The notes under the pieces: generated by a model | Told to the model about the DNA's origin: nothing | The model's database searches: none | Seen by the model: the letters and a program-made list of their open reading frames with translations, nothing else | Assembly: GCA_012964825.1 (NCBI GenBank) | Contig: DTTI01000058.1 | Span: 3,978-67,977, forward strand | Direction: 5' to 3' | Length of the DNA: 64,000 bases | Source of the DNA: Fidelibacterota bacterium | GTDB taxonomy: Bacteria; Fidelibacterota; Marinisomatia; Marinisomatales; S15-B10 | In this document: piece after piece, positions 27,143 through 37,233 of the stretch | How the letters are laid out: the number at the start of each line of letters is the position of its first letter | Numbering within the stretch: position 1 is the stretch's first letter | Program-made: the position numbers and the translations under genes

Positions 27143-28264
27143 TTGGCTGTTAAAATCAGAATGAAGCGTATGGGCAGACGGAACAGACCTTATTACCGGG
27201 TGGTGGTCATCGATTCGCGTAAGCGTAGAGACGGCAGACCCATCGAGGAGCTTGGGTGGTATAATCCCATTCAGCAGGCTGAGAAGAATTACGAACTGAA
27301 CATTGAAAAGATCATCGAATGGATGGGGAAGGGGGCCCAGCCTTCAGATACAGTCCGAAACCTGCTTAAGCAGGAGGGCATCCTTTACCGAATGCACCTG
27401 AAGAAGCAGGGGCTGGATGACAAAGCAATTGACTACGAACTTCAGAAGTGGGGCATGGATCGCGATGAGCGGCTGAAGACCAAGGCAGAGAAGGCAGCGC
27501 AGAAAAAGGTGGAGAAGGCGGCCAAGAAAAAAGCAGAGATGGAAGCTGCAAAAGCCCCGGCAGAAAAGGCACCGGCGGAAGATGTTAAGGATGCTGCCAA
27601 GGAAGATGCCGTAACCACCGATGCGGACAGTCAGGAAGAGGCCACCGTAGAAGAAGCAGCTGCTGAGGCAAAAGCTGAAGCTACGGAGGAAAAGAAGGAA
27701 GCGCCTGAAGAAGAGACGGAAGCAGCAAAAGAACCTGCTGAAGAGAAACCTGATGAAAAGGCGGCCGTTGAAGAAGCAGGGAGTGAAGAAGTAGCAGAAG
27801 AAGAAGCTGGAAATGCAGAAGTGGAACCGCAGGAAGAAGCTGAAGAAAAAACAGCTGATGAGGCCGACATGGAGCCGGCAGCTGAGAACGAGACAGAAGA
27901 GGAAGCCGAAGAGGCTCCAGTAGAAGATGAAATAGCTGAGGAACCTGCTGAAGAGAAAGCTGATGAAGAGGTACCCGCTGACGAAGCTGAAAGTGAAGAA
28001 GTAGCAGAAGAGGAAGCCGAAGAGGCCCCAGTAGAAGAAGGGACAACTGAGAATCCTGCTGAGGCCGCTGAAGCGGAAACTACGGAAGAAGCTGAAGAAA
28101 AGGCTGTTGAAGAGGAGCCGGCAGCTGAAGAAGAAATTGTTGAAGACTCGGGAGAAGAAGAGGAACAAGAGGGGGAAGCCGCACCAGAGTCTGAGGAAGA
28201 GGAAACCGCTGAAGCTGATGAAGCAGAATCGGAATCTGAAGAAAAGAGTGAAAAAGAAAAGTAG
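27143..28264 (+). CDS. rpsP: 30S ribosomal protein bS16 with a very long acidic C-terminal extension
   Basis: TTG start with AAGGAG 6 nt upstream. The N-terminus (MAVKIRMKRMGRRNRPYYRVVVIDSRKRRDGRPIEELGWYNP) is canonical bS16. Residues from ~95 to 373 are an E/A/K-rich low-complexity region. Confidence 0.9.
   Translation: MAVKIRMKRMGRRNRPYYRVVVIDSRKRRDGRPIEELGWYNPIQQAEKNYELNIEKIIEWMGKGAQPSDTVRNLLKQEGILYRMHLKKQGLDDKAIDYELQKWGMDRDERLKTKAEKAAQKKVEKAAKKKAEMEAAKAPAEKAPAEDVKDAAKEDAVTTDADSQEEATVEEAAAEAKAEATEEKKEAPEEETEAAKEPAEEKPDEKAAVEEAGSEEVAEEEAGNAEVEPQEEAEEKTADEADMEPAAENETEEEAEEAPVEDEIAEEPAEEKADEEVPADEAESEEVAEEEAEEAPVEEGTTENPAEAAEAETTEEAEEKAVEEEPAAEEEIVEDSGEEEEQEGEAAPESEEEETAEADEAESESEEKSEKEK
27731..28190 (+). 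repeat. Imperfect tandem duplication inside the rpsP tail
   Basis: GAACCTGCTGAAGAGAAA occurs at 27731 and 27941. AGTGAAGAAGTAGCAGAAG occurs at 27782 and 27992. Both pairs are exactly 210 nt apart. A nested repeat GAAGAGGAAGCCGAAGAGGCnCCAGTAGAAGA occurs at 27896 and 28007. Confidence 0.6.
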
Positions 28265-28317
28265 TCAAATAGGAAAGTGGGTGAGGCGGCTGGCTGTGCA
28301 CACAAGAGGAGGCTGTT

Positions 28318-28563
28318 ATGAAGAAGTTACTGGAGCAGCTTGTAAAGGAACTGGTAGATAAACCGGATGAAGTGATCGTTACTGAAGTGGAGACAGAAAG
28401 AATGGTCATTTATGAATTGCGTGTTGGTGATGGGGACGTTGGCAAGATTATCGGCCGTCACGGCCGAACTGCTACGGCTCTTCGAACCCTCATTTCCGCC
28501 ATTACAGCCAAAGAAGGCGGCAAACGTGCCATGATGGAAATCATTGAGGAGACTAGTGGCTAA
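28318..28563 (+). CDS. KH-domain RNA-binding protein (YlqC/UPF0109 family)
   Basis: 81 aa with the GxxG motif context VGKIIGRHGRTATALRTL. It occupies the conserved position between rpsP and rimM. Confidence 0.85.
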   Translation: MKKLLEQLVKELVDKPDEVIVTEVETERMVIYELRVGDGDVGKIIGRHGRTATALRTLISAITAKEGGKRAMMEIIEETSG

Positions 28564-29053
28564 AAGACTCAAACCAGCGGCAAAGGTTGTGAAGGCAGTT
28601 GGTCTGGAGGGCGACGTTAAGGTTTACCCCCTCGATTCCCGGTTTGAGCATTACGCGCAGGAAGACTTTTTGTTTATTGGAGAACATCCAGAGGCGGCGG
28701 AAGACATCCGCCTTTCGCCGGTGGCAAAGTCCGGTAAGCTGATCCGCTACAGGGTGATCGGCAACGCCAGCCGGGAAGATGCCGAAAACCTGGTGGGTAA
28801 ACTAATTTTCGCCCCCGCAGGTGAAGATGAGATCCTGCCGGAGGAAGTTGTCGGCTTTCTGGTGATCACTACAGATGGTCAGCCCGTGGGGATCCTCAGC
28901 GACATTATGCCCATGCCGGGGCAGGATGTCTACGCCATCGATTCGGGAGGGAAGGAAATTCTTATCCCGGGGGTGCCGGAGATTATCCGTAAGATTGACT
29001 TTAACTCCGAGACCGTTACCATCTTTCCCATGGAAGGGCTTCTGGATCTGTGA
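28544..29053 (+). CDS. rimM: Ribosome maturation factor RimM
   Basis: 169 aa with an N-terminal GLEGDVKV barrel and a C-terminal PRC-barrel pattern ([15 protein letters not shown]). It sits in the rpsP-rimM-trmD-rplS order. The start is ATG 28544 or GTG 28553. Confidence 0.85.
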   Translation: MRRLVAKRLKPAAKVVKAVGLEGDVKVYPLDSRFEHYAQEDFLFIGEHPEAAEDIRLSPVAKSGKLIRYRVIGNASREDAENLVGKLIFAPAGEDEILPEEVVGFLVITTDGQPVGILSDIMPMPGQDVYAIDSGGKEILIPGVPEIIRKIDFNSETVTIFPMEGLLDL

Positions 29054-29760
29054 TGCATATTTTTATCATTACTCCGTTTCCCGCCATTCCCGAAGCTGTC
29101 ATCGGCGAAAGTATTCTCCGCCGTGCCAGTGAGAAGGAGATTGTGGACTATCATGTGATCGATCTCCGGGAGTTTACCGAAGGAAAGCACCGCCAGATCG
29201 ATGATTATCCTTTCGGCGGAGGCACCGGCATGGTGATGCTGGCCGAGCCTATCCTGAAGGCCATGGACCGGGTGAAAGAGCTCTACAAGGGCAATAATGG
29301 ATTGAGGGTCGTTTTTCCGTCCCCTCAGGCTCAGGTTTTGTCCCAGCAGACTTCCCGAGACCTGTCTGTAGTGGATGGTATCGCCTTTATCTGCGGCCAT
29401 TATAAAGGTATAGATGAACGGGTGAGAGAAGCAGTGGTGACAGATGAAATTTCCATTGGTGACTATGTGGTGACGGGTGGTGAGCTGCCGGCCATGGTGA
29501 TTCTCGATTCAGTGGTGAGACTTATCCCAGGCGTTCTAGGTGATGAGGAGTCCGCCAACACAGATTCATTTACTCATGATCTTTTAGATCATCCGCATTA
29601 CACCCGGCCAGAGGAAGTGAAGGGATTAAAAGTGCCGGAAGTGCTTATGAGCGGTCATCACGCCAATGTTGACGCCTGGCGTCAGGAACAGAGAGAATTG
29701 AGAACAAAAAAGAACAGACCTGATCTGTGGGAACAGTATCAGGAAAAATTATTGAAGTGA
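29050..29760 (+). CDS. trmD: tRNA (guanine37-N1)-methyltransferase TrmD
   Basis: 236 aa. Motifs: [41 protein letters not shown] and HYTRP. Confidence 0.95.
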   Translation: MMHIFIITPFPAIPEAVIGESILRRASEKEIVDYHVIDLREFTEGKHRQIDDYPFGGGTGMVMLAEPILKAMDRVKELYKGNNGLRVVFPSPQAQVLSQQTSRDLSVVDGIAFICGHYKGIDERVREAVVTDEISIGDYVVTGGELPAMVILDSVVRLIPGVLGDEESANTDSFTHDLLDHPHYTRPEEVKGLKVPEVLMSGHHANVDAWRQEQRELRTKKNRPDLWEQYQEKLLK

Positions 29761-29769
29761 GGTAGGACA

Positions 29770-30111
29770 ATGGCTCAGGCGCACGAATTTTCAGCAGATC
29801 ACCAGCGGGACAACATTCCCGATTTTCATTCCGGCGACACTGTGGGCGTTAATGTGAGGGTTTTTGAAGGGGGCAGGGAGCGGCTTCAGCGGTTCGAAGG
29901 TGTGGTTCTCGCAAAGCGAGGCAGCGGTACCAACGCCACTTTCACTGTCAGGAAGATTTCTTCAAACGTTGGTGTTGAGCGGATTTTTCCCCTCCATTCA
30001 CCTAACATTGACAGCATCGAAGTGGTGCGCAAAGGGAAAGTCCGCCGGGCTAAACTCTATTACCTCCGGAAACTCCGGGGTAAAGCGTCCCGGATCAAGG
30101 AGAGGCGCTAA
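29770..30111 (+). CDS. rplS: 50S ribosomal protein bL19
   Basis: 113 aa. Motifs: [23 protein letters not shown] and RRAKLYYLR. Confidence 0.95.
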   Translation: MAQAHEFSADHQRDNIPDFHSGDTVGVNVRVFEGGRERLQRFEGVVLAKRGSGTNATFTVRKISSNVGVERIFPLHSPNIDSIEVVRKGKVRRAKLYYLRKLRGKASRIKERR

Positions 30112-30173
30112 CGCCTCTGTCCTAGCTTATCACTTTAGCCATATTGGTTCCCTCTCTCCATTGAGAGATTAGC

Positions 30174-31334
30174 ATGTTCACACGGGAATCGAAAATTGTT
30201 CTGGCCCTGACAGGCGTCTCCCACTTTTCCGTCCACGCCAGCATGCTCATCTTCCCCGCCATTATGATCACGCTCCAGAAGGAGTTCGGAGTGGGGCTGG
30301 ACACCCTGGGGTGGATGTATATGTTTTCCAGCTTCTTGTTCGGTCTCGGCGCCTTGCCAGCGGGGTGGTTCGAACAGCGGTTGGGAGGAAGGCAGCTGCT
30401 TCTTGTTTTTCAGATCGGCGCTGCTCTGTCCGGACTTGTCATTATCCTGGCACCTGACAGAATTGTCATGACCGCAGGCATGATGCTCATGGGTTTGTCC
30501 GCTTCTATCTACCACCCGGCGGGGCTTACTATCATTTCCCGAAGGATCCGCCAGACCAGCCGAGGGATGGGGTATCACGGCATTGCGGGCAGTTTAGGCT
30601 TGGCGGCGGGACCTTTCCTGGCGGCGTGGTTTGCCACCACCCTGGACTGGCGTTACGCCTACGGTACCATGATAGTACTTTGGGTCTTCTTGGCGGTGGC
30701 TACATCAGTTCTCATCCCATCTCGGCACGGCATGACCGACGTTCATGGGGCGCCGGCACCGGCTAAAACCCGTCTAAAACCACTCTTTGTCTATTATGTG
30801 GTGGCGGCCCTTATCGGCCTTTCCTCTACCGGGTTCATCACCTACATGCCTGTCTTTTTCAGCGAAAAACTGGGGCAGCTCTTTTCAGAACTGGATGGCG
30901 TCATTACCGGCGGCTTTGCTACCACGTTAGTCCTCATCGCCGGCATGCCGGGTCAATTCATCGGGGGAAAGTGGGGGGATCGGTACAACAAGTGCCGCCT
31001 TCTTATTTTGATCTGCGCCGTTCATATTCCCCTTTTACTCGCCTTCCGGTACGTTCCCGGAGAATGGGCGCTGTTGAGCGGCCTCATGCTGGGGGTAGTC
31101 CACTTTATGTATCAACCTATAGGTAACGCCATGATTGCCGAATTCACGTCATCGCCCTCCCGGGGAATTGGGTACGGCTTCTCCTTTTTCTTAAGTTTTG
31201 GCATTGGCTCCTTTGCCGCCGGAATCGGCGGCATCATTGCTGTCAATTATGGTGTTCCGTCTGTGTTTTTATTTACTGCTCTCCTCATGGCGGTGGCGGT
31301 GGCGGTGGCCCTTTACCTCAGAAAAATTGTATGA
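30174..31334 (+). CDS. MFS transporter (substrate unknown)
   Basis: 386 aa with ~12 predicted hydrophobic segments. MFS-type loop motifs are present (GWFEQRLGGRQ; RRIRQTSRGMGYHG). Confidence 0.85.
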   Translation: MFTRESKIVLALTGVSHFSVHASMLIFPAIMITLQKEFGVGLDTLGWMYMFSSFLFGLGALPAGWFEQRLGGRQLLLVFQIGAALSGLVIILAPDRIVMTAGMMLMGLSASIYHPAGLTIISRRIRQTSRGMGYHGIAGSLGLAAGPFLAAWFATTLDWRYAYGTMIVLWVFLAVATSVLIPSRHGMTDVHGAPAPAKTRLKPLFVYYVVAALIGLSSTGFITYMPVFFSEKLGQLFSELDGVITGGFATTLVLIAGMPGQFIGGKWGDRYNKCRLLILICAVHIPLLLAFRYVPGEWALLSGLMLGVVHFMYQPIGNAMIAEFTSSPSRGIGYGFSFFLSFGIGSFAAGIGGIIAVNYGVPSVFLFTALLMAVAVAVALYLRKIV

Positions 31335-31394
31335 TTTCATATTCCCTTGATTTTCACTCACCCTTCCTCTATTTTCCTGTCATGAGGTGGCCCT

Positions 31395-32762
31395 GTGCGT
31401 CTACGTGACATTCCCTCCGTGAGTGCGGTCCTGGATCGGATCGACTGGGGAAGCGTTCAACTTCCGCGCCAAATGGTGGTGGAGACGATTCGCGCACAGT
31501 TAGCCTCTCTTCGCTCCGGTGCCCGTAACGGCCGTCAAATCCCTAACGAAAAAGAGATCACTCTAAAGATTTTAGCTGAGATTGACCGGCTCAACCGGCC
31601 TGGTCTCAGCCGGGTCATTAACGGTACCGGTATTGTCCTTCACACCGGTCTGGGCCGGGCGCCTATTTCACCCAAACTGGCCATCGACGTGGCTCGGGAA
31701 GTGTCCACTTATACTGCTCTCGAATTTGATCTGGAAACAGGGAAACGGGGTGAACGACTGGATCACATTTCAACACTGCTGACCTCCCTTACCGGGGCGG
31801 AGAGTGCCTTGGCGGTGAACAACAACGCAGCAGCCGTCATATTGGCGCTCAATACCGTGGCGAATAAAAGGGAAGTCGTTATTTCCAGGGGGCAGTTGGT
31901 GGAGATCGGCGGCTCCTTCCGGATCCCAGATATAATCGAAAAAAGCGGAGCCGTTATGCGGGAGGTGGGGACCACCAATCGGACACATCTAAACGATTAT
32001 GAAAGGGGAGTAAACTCGGGGACGGCAGCTATACTCTATGTCCATACCAGCAACTACCGGGTGGAAGGTTTTACCAAGGAAGTGTCCGTGGCAGAACTGG
32101 CCAATGTGTCAAAAAAGAGACGGATTCCTCTCATTGTGGACCTCGGCAGTGGGGCGTTGTTTGACCTAAGCAAGTTTTCTCTTCCCTCTGAACCGGTGGT
32201 GAGGGATGTGATTAACTCGGGGGCTGGACTGGTCACTTTCTCCGGCGATAAATTGCTGGGCGGTCCCCAGACGGGTCTCGTCTGCGGCAAAAAGTCATTA
32301 ATCAGTAAACTCCACAAAAATCCCATCTATCGGGCACTCCGTTGCGATAAAATAACATTGGCATTATTAGAGCGGACGCTCCGGAGCTATACTGACGGTT
32401 CACCCAACAGGACTAACCTGGCCCACAAACTGCTTACAACACCCCGAAGTACCCTCCGGCGCCGAGGGCAGAAACTGCTAGCATCACTACCCAAGGCCAC
32501 TGTCCGGAAGTTCGGCATCACCGTTGTGGACTCTATGGTGGAAGCGGGGAGCGGGTCCCTACCGGTGGAAAGTATTGAAAGTGTTGCGCTCAGGTTTGAT
32601 GCGAAAAATGTGAAACCGACTGAACTGGCGAAGCGTTTCAGAACCCAGGATTTTCCTGTGGTCGGTTATATTAAAGGAAACAGATTCACCATTGATCTGA
32701 AAGCGGTGTTGCCTGCTGAGATGAAAGATCTCTCCGACGCCATCCAAGGAGTGGCAAAGTGA
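31395..32762 (+). CDS. selA: L-seryl-tRNA(Sec) selenium transferase SelA
   Basis: 455 aa from a GTG start. Motifs: INGTGIVLHTGLGRAP and the PLP-lysine context FSGDKLLGGPQ. Confidence 0.92.
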   Translation: MRLRDIPSVSAVLDRIDWGSVQLPRQMVVETIRAQLASLRSGARNGRQIPNEKEITLKILAEIDRLNRPGLSRVINGTGIVLHTGLGRAPISPKLAIDVAREVSTYTALEFDLETGKRGERLDHISTLLTSLTGAESALAVNNNAAAVILALNTVANKREVVISRGQLVEIGGSFRIPDIIEKSGAVMREVGTTNRTHLNDYERGVNSGTAAILYVHTSNYRVEGFTKEVSVAELANVSKKRRIPLIVDLGSGALFDLSKFSLPSEPVVRDVINSGAGLVTFSGDKLLGGPQTGLVCGKKSLISKLHKNPIYRALRCDKITLALLERTLRSYTDGSPNRTNLAHKLLTTPRSTLRRRGQKLLASLPKATVRKFGITVVDSMVEAGSGSLPVESIESVALRFDAKNVKPTELAKRFRTQDFPVVGYIKGNRFTIDLKAVLPAEMKDLSDAIQGVAK

Positions 32763-34636
32763 GCCAGACCGTCATTGGCACTGCTGGTCATATCGACCAT
32801 GGAAAGACCACACTTGTAAAGGCTCTTACTGGCACCGACACGGACCGCCTTCGGGAAGAGCAGGAGCGGGGAATGACCATCGATCTCGGTTTTGCTTTCC
32901 TCTCTGATGAGATCACTATCATAGATGTGCCGGGGCACGAAAAATTTATCCGCAATATGGTGGCCGGTGTGAGCGCCATTGATGCAGCCCTTCTTACTAT
33001 CGCCGCCGATGACGGGATCATGCCCCAGACACGGGAGCACTTTGATATCCTCTCTATTCTTGGCGTACCTGCCGGCGTGGTAGCTTTGAATAAGATAGAC
33101 CTGGTGGACGACCCGGAGTGGCTCGATCTTTTGGAAGAGGAGATCAGGGAGTTCCTAGCCGGGTCATTCATGGAAAGGGCGCCCATTGCCCGTGTTTCCG
33201 GAGAAACGGGTGAGGGTGTAGAACAATTGAGGAGCGCGCTCCTGAATATTTCAGACGCATCCAAAGAGCGGCGGGACCGTGGCTTCTTCAGGCTTTTTGC
33301 TGATCGGGCCTTTTCCATTAAAGGATTTGGACCCGTGGTCACCGGTACGGTGACGGGAGGATTTCTGAAGTCCGGCGCTGATGTGGAACTTCTGCCGGCT
33401 CTGGCTCATGCCAAGGTCCGCGGTCTTCAATCCCACGGTGAGTCTGTGGATGAGGTGGCGCTGGGGGATCGGGCGGCGGTGAACCTGAGCCAGATCGAAA
33501 AAGGGGCTCTGAAGCGGGGATCCCAGCTAGCTGAAAAAGGATTCCTGAAGTCGTCAAAGATTCTTGGCATATCGTTTTCTCTATTGGAAAGAACTGAACG
33601 GCGGGTAAAGCACCAGCAGCGGGTGAGGCTCCATATCGGTACAGAAGAGGTGCTTGGGCGGATCTTTTTTGTGGAAGAAGGGAAGAAAAAGTGTGAAGCA
33701 GGTGAGACCACCGTGGCCTTGGTGAGACTTGAACAAGAAGTGGCTGCAGCAGTAGACGACTCACTTATTCTCAGATTCTATTCACCAGCAGAAACCATCG
33801 GGGGTGGAACCGTTGTGGATCCCGCACCGCCAGTGCAATTTAAAGCGGCCCGGCCGTGGCTTGCTGGGTTAGTCAACAAATCATCTGGTGAACGGCTGGA
33901 AAAGTTTTTTGAACAGGCCGCTTCCGAACCGCTCACCCTGTTGGAGTGGACGCGGCGGTGGCAGGTTTCCCTGGAAAAATTCACAGAAGAAAGTAGCCAT
34001 CTGGAAACCGTCCAGTTCGGCAATTCCGGTGAGCCGTACCTTACTCTCCAGAGTGTCGTGGATGGTCAGTTGGAGAGCTACCTTTCCAAGGTAGAAGAGT
34101 TACTTAGAAAGCGGAGCACCCGCCGGGGAGTGCCGCGGGAAGATTTGAGAAAATCACTGGGGTTCAGCCGCCCCCTCTTTGATTGGCTCACGGGCCGGCT
34201 ACAGGATGAGTCTAAAGTTCAGATGGAATCAGGGAACATTACATTGAGCGGCTATACCGTTACCCTCTCCAAAGATGATGAGGCCATCACCCTTAAGCTC
34301 AGGGATATTCTTAAGACCAGCGGCTACGCACCTCCGGTCCTCGCTGAACTTGCTGAGAAGGCGGGAGCCAACGGCACCGATATTGTTCCGCTGCTCCACA
34401 TTTTAAAGGACAGGGGTGAGACGTGTCAGGTTTCTAGCAAACTGTGGTATCACAAGGAAGTGATGAATAATCTGCAGGACGCCTTGAAAAGCAGTTTCAG
34501 CGATTCCGGCAGCTTTAGCGTGGGACAATTCAAGGAGCTTACCAACACATCCAGGAAACACGCCATTCCGCTGCTGGAATACCTGGATAATCAGAGGTTC
34601 ACCGACCGAGACGGCGACAGGCGGGTTTTTCTCTAA
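32759..34636 (+). CDS. selB: Selenocysteine-specific elongation factor SelB
   Basis: 625 aa. The GTG start overlaps the selA stop (GTGA). Motifs: GHIDHGKTTL, DVPGHEKF and NKIDL, followed by C-terminal winged-helix-like repeats. Confidence 0.92.
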   Translation: MSQTVIGTAGHIDHGKTTLVKALTGTDTDRLREEQERGMTIDLGFAFLSDEITIIDVPGHEKFIRNMVAGVSAIDAALLTIAADDGIMPQTREHFDILSILGVPAGVVALNKIDLVDDPEWLDLLEEEIREFLAGSFMERAPIARVSGETGEGVEQLRSALLNISDASKERRDRGFFRLFADRAFSIKGFGPVVTGTVTGGFLKSGADVELLPALAHAKVRGLQSHGESVDEVALGDRAAVNLSQIEKGALKRGSQLAEKGFLKSSKILGISFSLLERTERRVKHQQRVRLHIGTEEVLGRIFFVEEGKKKCEAGETTVALVRLEQEVAAAVDDSLILRFYSPAETIGGGTVVDPAPPVQFKAARPWLAGLVNKSSGERLEKFFEQAASEPLTLLEWTRRWQVSLEKFTEESSHLETVQFGNSGEPYLTLQSVVDGQLESYLSKVEELLRKRSTRRGVPREDLRKSLGFSRPLFDWLTGRLQDESKVQMESGNITLSGYTVTLSKDDEAITLKLRDILKTSGYAPPVLAELAEKAGANGTDIVPLLHILKDRGETCQVSSKLWYHKEVMNNLQDALKSSFSDSGSFSVGQFKELTNTSRKHAIPLLEYLDNQRFTDRDGDRRVFL

Positions 34637-37233
34637 TGACGAAAGCGAACAAAGAAAGCAGCATGACGCCCCTTATGAAGCAGTACTACGCCGTGAAGAA
34701 CCAGCACAAGGAGAGCCTTGTTCTGTTCCGCATGGGTGATTTTTTTGAAACATTCGATGACGACGCCAAGGATGTTTCAAAAATTCTCGGCATCACCCTT
34801 ACAAAACGGGCCAATGGTGCCGCGGCCAAAGTACCCCTGGCCGGATTTCCTCACCATGCCCTAGATACCTATCTACCGAAACTGGTGGCGGCCGGTAAGC
34901 GTATCGCCATCTGCGAGCAGGTGGAGGATCCAAAACTGGCCAAAGGAATCGTGAAGAGAGAAGTGGTAGAGGTGGTAACGCCAGGCACGGCATCGCCGCA
35001 CGATAAAGGGCACACCAAGAATAATTTTCTTTCAGCCGTCTGCAGGTCAGACAGTACAGTGGGACTCTCATTTCTCGATCTCTCCACAGGTGAATTCTTT
35101 TTGGCGGAAGGGAGCGGCGAGACAGTCCGGGATCTCTTCCTGAAATTTGCTCCTAGTGAGATCATTGTGTCGGAAAGAGAAGAAGTTTCGAAGTCAGACT
35201 GGATGGCTAAAGTAAATCCTTTTGTAACGGAGATGGATCAATGGACGTTCGACCACGACCTCTCTCGAACAGCCCTTCTTGAACATTTTAAGGTGGCTTC
35301 ATTAAAGGGGTTTGGCTGTGAAGAAATGACAGCCGGAGTCACCGCCGCTGGTGTCATTCTCCGGTACGTGACCCACAATATCCAGTCCGCCATCGGGCAC
35401 ATTACACGTCTCATTCCCCTCAGACCAGAAAATGAAATGGGCCTAGACAATTTCACTATCCGAAACCTGGAGCTGTTCACCTCCCTGGCTACCCAGGGGA
35501 CTCACGGTACGCTTCTTTCTGTGTTGGATGAGACCGTCACTGCCGGCGGTGCACGCATGCTCAGGAGCCGGTTGGCTAGACCCGTTACCGATCAGGAGGC
35601 AATTGAAAATAGACTCGACTTGGTGGACGGTTTTTTCACCGAAGAAAATTTGCGTTCAGATTTTCGCCGCCACCTCGCCACTGTCGGTGATCTGGAACGG
35701 ATCCTTGGCAAACTGAGCCGCGGCGTCGGTACTCCCCGAGACATGAACGGTCTGAAGCAGACACTCAACCTTATTCCTGATCTCCAAGCGGAGATGAAAG
35801 AGTCCAAGTCTGACGCTGTCTCCAAGCTGGCTGACCGGTTTGCTGACGTTACTGAGGTGTCTGAGAAGATCAATTCGATCCTGGTGGATTCACCACCAGC
35901 CAATATGGCCAAAGGGGATTTTATTGCTGATAGCGTGGATGATGAACTGGATGAGCTGAGAAAGATTGCTAGAGGAGGGAAAGAGTGGATAGCCTCAATG
36001 CAGTTAAAGGAACGGGAAAAGACAGACATCAAGTCCCTGAAGGTGGGGTACAACAAGGTGTTCGGTTACTACCTGGAAGTGACCAAAACACACCAAGACA
36101 AAGTGCCCGAAACCTATATCCGGAAGCAGACCCTTGTGAATGCAGAGAGGTTCATTACTCCTGAACTGAAGGAGTATGAAGAGAAGATTTTGGGTGCTGA
36201 AGAAAAAATTATGGAGATTGAAACAAAACTGTTTAATGAACTACGCCAATGGGTTTTGGGTCACGCTTCAGCCATCCAGCAAAACGGTGAACTGATGAAC
36301 GAGATTGATGTCAGTTCAACCTTGGCGGAAGTGGCGAAACTGAAAAATTATGTTCGTCCGCAGCTTACCGGGAATACAGTGCTGGAGCTCACCGACTCCC
36401 GTCACCCGGTGGTGGAAACACTTCTATCCGCCGGCGACAAGTTTGTGGCCAACGACCTCACCATATCCACGGAGGAGAGTCAGATTCACCTCATCACAGG
36501 ACCCAATATGGCCGGGAAGTCTACCTATCTCCGGCAGATAGGGCTCATCGTCCTCATGGCACAGATGGGAAGTTATGTCCCTGCCCGAGAGGCGAATATC
36601 GGTATGGTGGACAGGCTCTTTACCCGCGTCGGCGCCAGCGACAATCTGGCCGGCGGCGAGTCTACTTTTATGGTGGAAATGACTGAGGCGGCCAATATTT
36701 TGAACAACGCTACGGATCGAAGCCTGGTACTCTTTGATGAGATCGGCCGTGGCACTGCCACTTTCGATGGGCTCTCCCTGGCATGGGCCATAACAGAACA
36801 TCTTCACAACACGCCAAAATCACTGGCCAGGACCGTATTTGCCACCCACTACCATGAATTGACGGAACTGGCCGACCAGTTAGACCGGGTTTCAAACTTT
36901 AACGTTGCGGTGAAGGAGTCCGGTGACAAGATTATATTTCTGAGGAAGATTAAACCGGGGCCTTGCGACAAGAGTTACGGTATCCATGTGGCCCAGATGG
37001 CAGGCCTGCCGCAGGAAGTCATCTCCCGTGCATCGGAGATTCTGAAAAAGCTTATTCTTCATGAACCTCTCCAAAAGAGTGATGTGAGCCTCGATCCCAC
37101 TGACCAGATGGATCTTTTTAATATTCAGGAGTCCCAACTTCGAAAAGCACTCACCGAAATGGACACCGACCAGATGACACCCATGGAAGCGCTGGCCAAC
37201 CTGGCTCAGATCAAGAAAGACCATGGCCTTTAG
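34636..37233 (+). CDS. mutS: DNA mismatch repair protein MutS
   Basis: 865 aa. Motifs: TPLMKQYYAVK, GPNMAGKSTYLRQ and LFDEIGRGT. The start overlaps the selB stop (TAATG). Confidence 0.96.
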   Translation: MTKANKESSMTPLMKQYYAVKNQHKESLVLFRMGDFFETFDDDAKDVSKILGITLTKRANGAAAKVPLAGFPHHALDTYLPKLVAAGKRIAICEQVEDPKLAKGIVKREVVEVVTPGTASPHDKGHTKNNFLSAVCRSDSTVGLSFLDLSTGEFFLAEGSGETVRDLFLKFAPSEIIVSEREEVSKSDWMAKVNPFVTEMDQWTFDHDLSRTALLEHFKVASLKGFGCEEMTAGVTAAGVILRYVTHNIQSAIGHITRLIPLRPENEMGLDNFTIRNLELFTSLATQGTHGTLLSVLDETVTAGGARMLRSRLARPVTDQEAIENRLDLVDGFFTEENLRSDFRRHLATVGDLERILGKLSRGVGTPRDMNGLKQTLNLIPDLQAEMKESKSDAVSKLADRFADVTEVSEKINSILVDSPPANMAKGDFIADSVDDELDELRKIARGGKEWIASMQLKEREKTDIKSLKVGYNKVFGYYLEVTKTHQDKVPETYIRKQTLVNAERFITPELKEYEEKILGAEEKIMEIETKLFNELRQWVLGHASAIQQNGELMNEIDVSSTLAEVAKLKNYVRPQLTGNTVLELTDSRHPVVETLLSAGDKFVANDLTISTEESQIHLITGPNMAGKSTYLRQIGLIVLMAQMGSYVPAREANIGMVDRLFTRVGASDNLAGGESTFMVEMTEAANILNNATDRSLVLFDEIGRGTATFDGLSLAWAITEHLHNTPKSLARTVFATHYHELTELADQLDRVSNFNVAVKESGDKIIFLRKIKPGPCDKSYGIHVAQMAGLPQEVISRASEILKKLILHEPLQKSDVSLDPTDQMDLFNIQESQLRKALTEMDTDQMTPMEALANLAQIKKDHGL

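Noticed and set aside
27344-28409. Several long ORFs on the antisense strand and in alternative sense frames across the rpsP tail (274, 224, 121, 109 and 84 aa; Ser/Phe/Leu-rich or Lys/Arg-rich).
   Set aside because: They are a by-product of the T-poor GAA/GCN repeat composition of the acidic tail, since no stop codons can form on the complement. They are low complexity, lack Shine-Dalgarno sequences, and lie entirely inside a gene with a conserved N-terminal core.
30101-30118. A 7-bp hairpin, AGAGGCG-CTAA-CGCCTCT, enclosing the rplS stop codon. A second small hairpin lies at 30153..30168.
   Set aside because: No U-tract follows either, so they are not canonical terminators. The stems are short and could arise by chance.
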